Below are positions 56,165 to 64,000 of a stretch of 64,000 nt of DNA, in pieces. Under the pieces are notes generated by a model, which had not been told where the DNA came from, did no database searches, and saw only the letters and a program-made list of their open reading frames with translations. The translations under genes were made by a program, and so were the position numbers. The DNA comes from Verrucomicrobiota bacterium. GTDB taxonomy: Bacteria; Verrucomicrobiota; Verrucomicrobiia; Limisphaerales; Palsa-1400. The stretch is from NCBI GenBank assembly GCA_049510745.1, contig JBEKYR010000021.1, positions 1-64,000 on the forward strand. Direction: 5' to 3'. Position 1 is the stretch's first letter, and each line of letters opens with the position of its first letter.

Positions 56165-57217
56165 TCACAACGCCTCTTTCAACGATGCCATATCGATGAC
56201 GAAACGGTATTTCACGTCGTTCTTCACCACCCGGTCGTAGGCCTCATTTATTTTCTGGATGGGGATGAGTTCGATGTCGGAAGTGATATTGTGCTTGCCA
56301 CAGAAGTCCAGCATCTCCTGGGTTTCCTTGATGCCGCCAATGAGCGAGCCGCTGAAGTTGCGCCGGCCAAAGATGAGGCTGCCGACCTGAATGGAAAGCG
56401 GCTCGGCGGGCACGCCGACTTGCGTGAGGGTGCCGTCGCGTCTCAAGAGCACGAGGCAGGCGTTGATGTCATGTTGCGCAGCCACGGTGTCGAGGATGAA
56501 GTGAAAGCTGTTGAGATGTTTCTTCATCTCGTCTTCGTTCCTGGAATTGACGACTTCATCCGCGCCAAGCCGCAAGGCATCTTTGACTTTGTTTGGCGAG
56601 TGGGTAATGACAACCACGTGCGCGCCGAAAGCCTTCGCCAATTTCACCCCCATGTGCCCCAGTCCGCCCAGGCCCACGACGCCAACTTTCTGGCCTTTGG
56701 CAACTTTGTTGTGCCGCAAAGGGGAATAAGTGGTGATCCCCGCGCACAGGAGCGGGGCGGCGGCGGCGAGATTCAAATTCTTTGGGACGCGCAGCACAAA
56801 GGCTTCATCCACGACGACGCTCTCGGAGTAGCCGCCGTAGGTCATGCCGCCGGTGTGTTTGTCCGGGGCGTTGTAGGTAAAGGTCGTGCCTTTTTCGCAG
56901 AATTGTTCGAGGCCGTCCTTGCAGCTTTCACATGCGCGGCAGGAATCCACCATGCAACCGACGCCGGCGATGTCGCCCTCCTTGAATTTCTTGACCTGCG
57001 CGCCGGCTTTTACGACGCGTCCGATGATTTCGTGGCCGGGCACGCAAGGGTAGGTGGTGCCATGCCATTCATTGCGGACGATATGCACGTCCGTGTGACA
57101 GACGCCGCAATATAGAATCTGGATTTGCACGTCGCGCGCGCCGGGATCACGGCGTTGAAAGCTGAAGGGCGCCAGCGGCGTCGTGGCGTTTTGTGCCGCG
57201 TAAGAATTAGTTTTCAT
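56165..57217 (-). CDS. Zn-dependent NAD(P) alcohol dehydrogenase (cinnamyl ADH/YahK-like)
   Basis: CGVCHTD, GHE, CRACESC..C and GLGGLG. Confidence 0.93.
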   Translation of the reverse strand: MKTNSYAAQNATTPLAPFSFQRRDPGARDVQIQILYCGVCHTDVHIVRNEWHGTTYPCVPGHEIIGRVVKAGAQVKKFKEGDIAGVGCMVDSCRACESCKDGLEQFCEKGTTFTYNAPDKHTGGMTYGGYSESVVVDEAFVLRVPKNLNLAAAAPLLCAGITTYSPLRHNKVAKGQKVGVVGLGGLGHMGVKLAKAFGAHVVVITHSPNKVKDALRLGADEVVNSRNEDEMKKHLNSFHFILDTVAAQHDINACLVLLRRDGTLTQVGVPAEPLSIQVGSLIFGRRNFSGSLIGGIKETQEMLDFCGKHNITSDIELIPIQKINEAYDRVVKNDVKYRFVIDMASLKEAL

Positions 57218-57374
57218 AATGGCATTGAGTTGTTCAGTCGTCCGCTCTGGCAGGGCCTTCGCCCGAAAAACATCAGCGGCGCAGGCCTGCCAATGGCAGC
57301 AACGTTAAGCGACGGGCCGAGACTTTCCTATGGGGTAAAACCCTACTGTGGATATTTGATGGCTGATTCCTTCC

Positions 57375-58373
57375 TCAACGGCTTTCCCTGCCTTTGAAAA
57401 TGTGAAACAGGAAAGCCAAAGAGGGCAGCAGGACAATGGCGCCGGCGCCCAAGGCCAGCACCAGCAAGCGCAAGGTGATTTCAGGGGCGCGAGCATTGTT
57501 CACGTTGACGTCCGGCGTGATGAGATTGGGATATTGCGCCAGGCACCACCCCACGAGGATGAGCGTGACCTCGCCGATGGCGGCCATTCGCGCCAGGGCA
57601 AACCGCCGCCGCCACAGGGCCGCCAGCGCGACGATGAACATCAAACTCGTCCATGCCAAAAGCAGCGGCGCCCACCAGTGAGTCAATCCGTTATACATTT
57701 CCGGCGCGCCTTGTTTGGAGGCGAGAAAAACCACTCCCGCAATGGGCGCCAAAGTCAATCCGGACCAAAGCGCCCGCCGCCGGAAATCATTTTGCAGATC
57801 AGGCTGATCCTTCGTGTCAAGCGTCAGGTAGGTGGCCGCCAGAAACGCAAACAGCCCCAGCGCGAAGACACCGCAAGCCAGCGCGAAGAGCGTCAACCAG
57901 CCCGCGAAGAAACCGGTGACGACCTGGCCATTGACGATGCGAATCTGACCCGTGGTTAACGCGCCGAGTATCATGCCCTGGAAAAACGGAGTAAAAAAGC
58001 TGGCCGTGCCAAACACCAGGCTCCAGCGGCGCTGTGGCGTGTCCGACCGGGAATCGTATCGGCGGAAAATAAAAGCCGAGCCGCGCAGCACGATGCCGAG
58101 GAGCATCGCGGTGAACGGGATGTTCAGCGCGGTCATCATCCCGGCGAAACCCGTGGGGAAACCGGTGAACAAAAGCACCACCACCAGGATGAGCCAGACA
58201 TGGTTGGCCTCCCAGATGGGGCCGATCGCTTCGGCGATGGCTTTCCTTTGCCGCGCGGCGCGCGGCCCGGCCGCCAGCAAATCCCACATGCCGCCGCCAA
58301 AATCCGCGCCGCCCATCAGGGCATACAGGATCAGCGACAGCAAAATGCAAACGGCAACGATGAGTTCAAGCAT
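57375..58373 (-). CDS. cydB: cytochrome bd ubiquinol oxidase subunit II
   Basis: GADFGGG and IGPIWEANHVWL; start placed at MLELI. Confidence 0.92.
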   Translation of the reverse strand: MLELIVAVCILLSLILYALMGGADFGGGMWDLLAAGPRAARQRKAIAEAIGPIWEANHVWLILVVVLLFTGFPTGFAGMMTALNIPFTAMLLGIVLRGSAFIFRRYDSRSDTPQRRWSLVFGTASFFTPFFQGMILGALTTGQIRIVNGQVVTGFFAGWLTLFALACGVFALGLFAFLAATYLTLDTKDQPDLQNDFRRRALWSGLTLAPIAGVVFLASKQGAPEMYNGLTHWWAPLLLAWTSLMFIVALAALWRRRFALARMAAIGEVTLILVGWCLAQYPNLITPDVNVNNARAPEITLRLLVLALGAGAIVLLPSLAFLFHIFKGRESR

Positions 58374-58377
58374 GGGT

Positions 58378-59697
58378 TCAATTCGGTGACGGCTCGGAAA
58401 CCGGCCCGGGCGTCTCCAAAAACTGGCGGCGCAACAGGAAGAAAACGACGGAGGCGAGAAAAACGTACAATCCCGTGAAGACGACAAAGGGCGCCGCGAT
58501 CCAAGGCATCGGCGTGACCGCGTCTTCAGTTCGCATCACCCCGTAAATGATCCAAGGCTGGCGCCCGGCTTCGGTCACGACCCAGCCTGCTTCAATCGCC
58601 ACAAACCCCAGCGGCCCGGCTGCAACCAAGGCGCGCAGCAGGCGCGGGTGGCCGGCCAGAGGCCGGCGCTGCCGCCACAGCCAGCCCGACCACACGGCCA
58701 AAGCCAGCATCGCCATTCCTGCGGCAACCATGAGGTCAAACGACCAATGAACAATCCGCACGTTGGGCCAGTTGTTTTGCGGGAACTCCTCCAACCCGGT
58801 GACGCTGGCGTTGGGGCTGTCGGCGAGAAGCAGACTCAGGCCGCGCGGGATGCTGATCGCATAGTCGGTCGTGCGCGTCTCATCGTGAGGAATCCCCCCG
58901 ATGAGCAAGGGCGCTCCATTTTGCGTCCGGTAATGCGCTTCCATCGCCGCCAGTTTGGCCGGTTGCAACCGGCCCACGACGCGGGCGCTATGGTCGCCGC
59001 TCAGAATCTGCAGCGGGATGCTGAGGCAGGCGACCGCCAGCGCAATGCCCAGCGCGCTGCGATGGAAAAGGCTGTTCGGATTTCGCAGCAGAAAGAACGC
59101 ATGGACCGCCGCCACCGCGAAGCCCGTCGCAACGAAAGCCGCCAGCGTCATGTGCAAGACTTCATGGAAGCTGGCCTGATTCACCATGGCCGCGATCGGG
59201 TCAATATCGGTGATCTGGCCATCAACCATTTTGAAGCCCGCGGGCGAGTTCATCCACGCATTGGCCGTCACGACGAAAATACCGGAAAAGATACCGCTGA
59301 CGGCGACGACCAATCCCGAAAGCCAGTGCAGGAAGGGCGACAGGCGGTTCCAGCCATAGAGATACACGCCGATAAAAATCGCTTCGGTGAAAAAGGCGAA
59401 ACCTTCCAGGGAAAATGGCATCCCGATGATCGCTCCGGCCTTTGCCATGAAGCCCGGCCATAACAAACCCAGTTCGAAAGACAGCACGGTGCCGGACACC
59501 GCGCCCACCGCGAAGAGAATAGCTGTGCCGCGCGCCCATCGTTTGCTTAACTCCAGATAAACCGGGCGCCGGGTGCGGAGATACATCCCCTCCGCAATGG
59601 CCATGAACAACGGCATCCCGATGCCCAGGGCCGCGAAAATAATGTGGAAGGCCAGCGACATGGCCATTTGTGAACGAGCAAAGAAAAAATCAGTCAT
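58378..59697 (-). CDS. cydA: cytochrome bd ubiquinol oxidase subunit I (short Q-loop)
   Basis: FHII, GAVSG, NAWM, QPAKLAAME and EAGRQPW. Confidence 0.94.
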   Translation of the reverse strand: MTDFFFARSQMAMSLAFHIIFAALGIGMPLFMAIAEGMYLRTRRPVYLELSKRWARGTAILFAVGAVSGTVLSFELGLLWPGFMAKAGAIIGMPFSLEGFAFFTEAIFIGVYLYGWNRLSPFLHWLSGLVVAVSGIFSGIFVVTANAWMNSPAGFKMVDGQITDIDPIAAMVNQASFHEVLHMTLAAFVATGFAVAAVHAFFLLRNPNSLFHRSALGIALAVACLSIPLQILSGDHSARVVGRLQPAKLAAMEAHYRTQNGAPLLIGGIPHDETRTTDYAISIPRGLSLLLADSPNASVTGLEEFPQNNWPNVRIVHWSFDLMVAAGMAMLALAVWSGWLWRQRRPLAGHPRLLRALVAAGPLGFVAIEAGWVVTEAGRQPWIIYGVMRTEDAVTPMPWIAAPFVVFTGLYVFLASVVFFLLRRQFLETPGPVSEPSPN

Positions 59698-59750
59698 GCG
59701 ATACCGGCCGCAATTCTCAGGCGTTCGGCCTCCCTTTGGTTGTTCGCCAG

Positions 59751-59933
59751 TCAGTTTTCCAAGATCGGCTTTGTCATGGCCTGGTACATCATTTCCTCGC
59801 TGAAGAACGGTGCGCCATACAATTCGTATCCGCCCCTTAGTTTTTCGTTCACTTTCTGCGCCAGCTCGTCGTGGGTGGCGGCATCGGCGTGAAAAGGCAC
59901 CGCGACGATGGTGTATTCAATCGGAGTTTTCAT
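59751..59933 (-). CDS. DUF1737-like small protein
   Basis: L..KVNEKL..GYELYGAP..YQAM. Confidence 0.7.
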   Translation of the reverse strand: MKTPIEYTIVAVPFHADAATHDELAQKVNEKLRGGYELYGAPFFSEEMMYQAMTKPILEN

Positions 59934-59961
59934 GTTATTTTGAGCATGGGATCCAACAAGA

Positions 59962-62514
59962 TCAACGCTGCCATAGGATTCGCGCGTCTTCCAGCGGGAT
60001 CGCGACGCCGTCGCAGCGCGGTATCACTCGCGCCGTGTAGTCCGCCGCCGGGCGGGCGGCGGAAACAGCCGCGCGGTAAACGCAGCCGCCCGACGCTCCG
60101 GCCTGTTGTCCCGACGAGTCGGGATTCATCTCCTGCCGCACGCGATCGCCGCCCATGACTGCGTCGGCGTAAAGTTCAACTCGCACAGCCTTGGGGTCGA
60201 GGCCATTGAGATAGACCTGGACCTCGAAGACGTGCTGCCCGACGCGAGTCTCCACTTTCATTTCGCCGAAACGCAGCGTGGCCCATTTCTGGTCCAGAGT
60301 GCGCCGCCACTCGATCATTTGCCTGCCGACGGCGCCTTTATTGGCCATGCGCAAATGGTAGGCGGCAGCCACCGGGAGGTAGTGTTGCTCGGTGTATTCA
60401 CGCACCGCGCGGTTGGCGGAGAAGCGCGGGGTCAGCCGCGCCATGCTTTCGCGCATCCGCGCCACCCACGCGGTGGAAATGCCCTTGGCGTCGCGGGCAT
60501 AAAACTCCGGGATCACCTCTCGTTCGAGCCGCTCGTAAAGCGTGGCGGCTTCGGCCGCGTCCCAGGCCGGATCGTCGCCGTGCTCCTGGCCGTCCCCCAG
60601 CGCCCACCCCACCTCGGGCGTGTAGGCCTCGGCCCACCAGCCGTCCAATTCCGAGAGGTTGATGCCTCCATTGACAAGCACCTTCATGCCGCTGGTTCCA
60701 CACGCCTCCCAAGGCCGCCGCGGCGTGTTCAGCCAGACATCGACCCCCTGCACCAAGTGGTCCGTCAGGAGCATATCGTAATCACTGAGAAAGATCGCAT
60801 GAGGACGGACCTTGGGCTGGCGGATGAAGTGTATCCATTCCTGAATCAGGGCCTGTCCCGCCGCGTCTGCGGGATGGGCCTTGCCCGCGATGACGAGTTG
60901 CACCGGGCGCTGAGGATTGGATAACAGGCGCAGCAGCCGCTCCGGATCGTGCAGCAGCAGGTTCGGCCGTTTGTAGGTGGCGAAGCGGCGCGCAAAGCCC
61001 AGGGTCAACGCGTTGGGATCGAAGAGATGCCTCGCCTCCTCAACCGTCTCGGGCGACGCGCCGGCGGCGGCAAAATGCCGGGCCAGGCGTTGGCGGGCAT
61101 AGTCAATCAGCCCCTTGCTGGCGGCCGTGCGGAATTGCCAGAGTCTGGCATCGGAGACGCGGCGGATGTCCTGCTCCAGGCATTCTGTCGTCCCCAGCCA
61201 GCGGTCTTTGCCACAGGCTTCCGTCCAAAGATCGTCGGCCGCCGCCGAGTCCCAGGTCGGCATGTGGACTCCATTGGTCACGTGTCCCACAGGCACTTCG
61301 TCCGCCGGCCAGTTGGGGAAAAGAGGCTCAAAGAGATGCCGGCTGACTTTCCCATGCAAGCGGCTGACGCCATTGACCGCCCCGCTGCCGCGGATGGCCA
61401 GATAGGCCATGTTGAAACTCTCCGACGCGTCATTCGGGTTCTGGCGGCCCAGGGCCAGCAGATCATGGAGCGGAATACCGAGCTTCTTCCCGGCATACGC
61501 CCCCAGGTATTGCTCGATGAGAGCCGGCGCAAAACGATCAAAGCCGGCGGCCACCGCCGTGTGGGTGGTAAAGAGGTTGCCCGCTCGCGTGACGGCCAGT
61601 GCGACTGCGAACGGCTGCGCGTTCTCTTGCATGAAGCTGCGCGCGCGTTCCAACACGGCGAACGCCGCATGTCCTTCGTTCAAGTGACACACTTCGGGTT
61701 GGAGGCCAAGTGCGGCCAGCAGCCGCCATCCGCCGATCCCGAGAAGCAGTTCTTGCTTGAGGCGCAACTCCGGCCCGCCCCCATACAGCTCGCTGGTGAT
61801 CCCTCGATGCGCCGGAAAATTCGCCGCGTCATTGCTGTCCAGCAGGTAAAGCTTGACTCGGCCAACCTGGACCTGCCAGGCGCGCAGCCAGACCGAGTAA
61901 CCGGGCAAGGCGATCTCCAACCGCAGCCACTCGCCGTTCGGGTGGCGCACCGGCGTGATCGGCAACTGCCCGGGGTCGTTATAGGGGTAAAGGGCCTCTT
62001 GCGCCCCGTCCTTGTCAATCACTTGGCGGAAATAGCCTCGTTGGTAGAGCAGCCCCACGCCGACCACCGGCACGCCCAGGTCGCTGGCGGTTTTGAGTTG
62101 ATCGCCGGCCACGTTGCCTAGCCCGCCCGAGTAAATGGGCAGCGCCTCGCTCAACATGAATTCCATGCTGAAATACGCCACGCAGGTCAAAGGAGCCCGC
62201 GGATGATGTTGCTGAAACCACGCCGGCGCCTCCGCCGTTTGACGCTTGGCTCGCAGCAGGTCGTCCACCTTCTTGCGGAAGGCGGAATCGGCCAGCACGC
62301 GCTCGAGTTGATCCCGCGAGACCGTCTGCAAGACAACCCAGGGGTTCTGCGTCAGTTCCCACAACGCGGGATCAAGCTGCCGCCACACTTCGTCGGCGCA
62401 ATGGTTCCACGACCAGCGCATATCCAGGGCCAACTCCGCCAGGGAGTCGAATCCCTCGACTTCCGTGGGCAAAAAGCTGTAGATCGGGTTGCTGACACGT
62501 GTTTGTTTGCTCAT
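59962..62514 (-). CDS. glgP: alpha-glucan (glycogen) phosphorylase
   Basis: YSGGLG, HLNEGH, ARRFATYKR and EACGTSGMK; start placed at MSKQT. Confidence 0.95.
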   Translation of the reverse strand: MSKQTRVSNPIYSFLPTEVEGFDSLAELALDMRWSWNHCADEVWRQLDPALWELTQNPWVVLQTVSRDQLERVLADSAFRKKVDDLLRAKRQTAEAPAWFQQHHPRAPLTCVAYFSMEFMLSEALPIYSGGLGNVAGDQLKTASDLGVPVVGVGLLYQRGYFRQVIDKDGAQEALYPYNDPGQLPITPVRHPNGEWLRLEIALPGYSVWLRAWQVQVGRVKLYLLDSNDAANFPAHRGITSELYGGGPELRLKQELLLGIGGWRLLAALGLQPEVCHLNEGHAAFAVLERARSFMQENAQPFAVALAVTRAGNLFTTHTAVAAGFDRFAPALIEQYLGAYAGKKLGIPLHDLLALGRQNPNDASESFNMAYLAIRGSGAVNGVSRLHGKVSRHLFEPLFPNWPADEVPVGHVTNGVHMPTWDSAAADDLWTEACGKDRWLGTTECLEQDIRRVSDARLWQFRTAASKGLIDYARQRLARHFAAAGASPETVEEARHLFDPNALTLGFARRFATYKRPNLLLHDPERLLRLLSNPQRPVQLVIAGKAHPADAAGQALIQEWIHFIRQPKVRPHAIFLSDYDMLLTDHLVQGVDVWLNTPRRPWEACGTSGMKVLVNGGINLSELDGWWAEAYTPEVGWALGDGQEHGDDPAWDAAEAATLYERLEREVIPEFYARDAKGISTAWVARMRESMARLTPRFSANRAVREYTEQHYLPVAAAYHLRMANKGAVGRQMIEWRRTLDQKWATLRFGEMKVETRVGQHVFEVQVYLNGLDPKAVRVELYADAVMGGDRVRQEMNPDSSGQQAGASGGCVYRAAVSAARPAADYTARVIPRCDGVAIPLEDARILWQR

Positions 62515-64000
62515 GGTTTCTCCTTCGGTTTTGGCTCGGAGGGAATCGCTGGCGGCTGCGGCGCCGCCGCCAAAGCATCGCTGACAATCCTTTGGGCTTC
62601 CTCCAGGATGCGGCGCAGATGATCCGCTCCCCGGAAACTCTCCGCATAAATTTTGTAGATATTCTCGGTCCCTGATGGACGCGCCGCGAACCATCCGCTC
62701 TCGGCCGCCACTTTCAACCCGCCGAGGGGAGCGCCGTTGCCCGGCGCCTGGGTGAGGACGGCTTGGATTTTTTCACCCGCCAACTCGGTGAGCTTGACCT
62801 GCTGCGGTGAGAGTTTCGCCAACAGGGCTTTTTCCTCCGGAGTGGCTGGCGCCTCCACGCGGTCGTAGGCCGGCTCGCCGAACTCCCGCGTAAGTTCGTG
62901 GTAGATTTCGCCGGGATCGCGGCCCATCCGGGCGGTCATCTCCGCCGCCAGCAAAGCCGGGACAATTCCGTCCTTGTCCGTCGTCCAAACGCTGCCATCC
63001 AGGCGGGCGAACGTGGCGCCGGCGCTCTCCTCTCCGACAAAGCCAAGAAAGCCGTCGAGCAATCCTTCGACGAACCACTTGAATCCAACCGGAACCTCAA
63101 AAAGCTTCCGGCCCAGTTTGGCCGCTATTCGGTCAATCATCTGGCTGCTCACCACCGTCTTGCCGATAGCCGCCGCCTTGGGCCACTTCGGCCTGTTCAG
63201 AAAAAGATAGAAGATCGCCGCGCACAAGTAGTGATTGGGCGGCAGCAATCCTTTGCTTCTGGTCACAATCCCGTGCCGGTCATGGTCCGGGTCGCAGGCG
63301 AAGGAGAGGTCAAAGCGGTCCTTCATCCCGATCAATCGCTCCATCGCATAGGCCGAGGAAGGGTCCATCCGTATCTGACCGTCCCAATCCACAGTCATAA
63401 ACCGGAAGGTGGGATCGACCGCTTCGTTGACCACGGCAAGATTCAAACCATAGCGCTCGGCAATTCGTCCCCAATAATGGACGCCGGCGCCTCCAAGGGG
63501 GTCCACGCCCATGCGAAGCGCCGCGCCGCGGATGACCTCCATTTCAACCACGTCCCCCAGATCGGCAATGTAGGCGCTGAGATAGTCGTGCCGGTGCGTC
63601 GTGGAGGCCGTCAGAGCTTTTGCCAGCGCCATCCGCTTGACGCCGCCCAGGCGGGATTCAAGCAGCTCATTGGCCCTCCTTTCGATCCAACCGGTGGCCA
63701 CCGTGTCCGCCGGGCCGCCGTTGGGCGGGTTATATTTAAAGCCTCCATCCGGCGGCGGATTATGCGAGGGCGTGACGACAATGCCATCAGCCAGACCGCT
63801 CTTCCGGCCGCGATTGTAGGTCAGGATCGCATGAGAAATCACCGGGGTCGGCGTGTATTCGTCCCCGGCTGCGATCATCACCTCGACGCCGTTTGCCGCC
63901 AGCACCTCCATCGCGGTGGCGCAGGCCGGGATCGACAGCGCGTGGGTGTCAATTCCCAGAAAGAGCGGGCCATCGGTCCCCTGCCGCTTTCGATAGAGGC
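62511..64000 (-). CDS. pgm: phosphoglucomutase (5' end outside window)
   Basis: TPSHNP, DPDHDR, GEESAG and RPSGTE; frame stays open to the window edge (GPLFLGIDTHALS). Confidence 0.95.
   Translation of the reverse strand, partial: LYRKRQGTDGPLFLGIDTHALSIPACATAMEVLAANGVEVMIAAGDEYTPTPVISHAILTYNRGRKSGLADGIVVTPSHNPPPDGGFKYNPPNGGPADTVATGWIERRANELLESRLGGVKRMALAKALTASTTHRHDYLSAYIADLGDVVEMEVIRGAALRMGVDPLGGAGVHYWGRIAERYGLNLAVVNEAVDPTFRFMTVDWDGQIRMDPSSAYAMERLIGMKDRFDLSFACDPDHDRHGIVTRSKGLLPPNHYLCAAIFYLFLNRPKWPKAAAIGKTVVSSQMIDRIAAKLGRKLFEVPVGFKWFVEGLLDGFLGFVGEESAGATFARLDGSVWTTDKDGIVPALLAAEMTARMGRDPGEIYHELTREFGEPAYDRVEAPATPEEKALLAKLSPQQVKLTELAGEKIQAVLTQAPGNGAPLGGLKVAAESGWFAARPSGTENIYKIYAESFRGADHLRRILEEAQRIVSDALAAAPQPPAIPSEPKPKEKP

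Noticed and set aside
51594..62121. Long + strand ORFs opposite xfp, dps, adh, cydAB and glgP
   Set aside because: Antisense shadows expected from GC-rich codon usage of well-supported genes
1..64000. CRISPR array, rRNA, intact integrase or transposase
   Set aside because: No regularly spaced repeat-spacer array and no recognisable motifs for these were found by eye

Overview
GC-rich bacterial window; protein style suggests Verrucomicrobiota (Pedosphaera-like), which is an inference. It reads as accessory DNA in several blocks. (1) 1-12.3 kb: end of folE, a MarR/ClC-CBS pair, and a nitrite/NO-response cluster (Crp/Fnr regulator, DUF2249 proteins, hemerythrins, DUF59 protein, His-rich membrane protein, cupin, nirK-cytochrome c fusion, FGE/NirV-like, SCO, YgbA-like, DGC) with several TTGAY-N4-(G/C/T)TCAA boxes. 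(2) 12.3-28.8 kb: a mosaic with an ankyrin gene behind a structured leader, a PadR/permease-prefix operon followed by shuffled hydrolase/DUF3471 genes, a MarR pair, a solitary attC cassette and an AbiEi/AbiEii toxin-antitoxin pair. (3) 28.8-41.0 kb: a segment between two 3' fragments of tRNA-Arg(TCG) (att-like scars) carrying an MFS transporter, pectate lyase, serine hydrolase, YjbQ, a primase-like/helicase/DUF559 protein and an AAA/DUF4143 ATPase. (4) 41-51.5 kb: two very large secreted modular proteins (GH2 and Ig-repeat). (5) 51.7-64 kb: pgm, glgP, cydAB, adh, dps and xfp. No intact tRNA, rRNA, CRISPR array, integrase or transposase was seen. All family assignments come from motif recognition by eye, not database searches.
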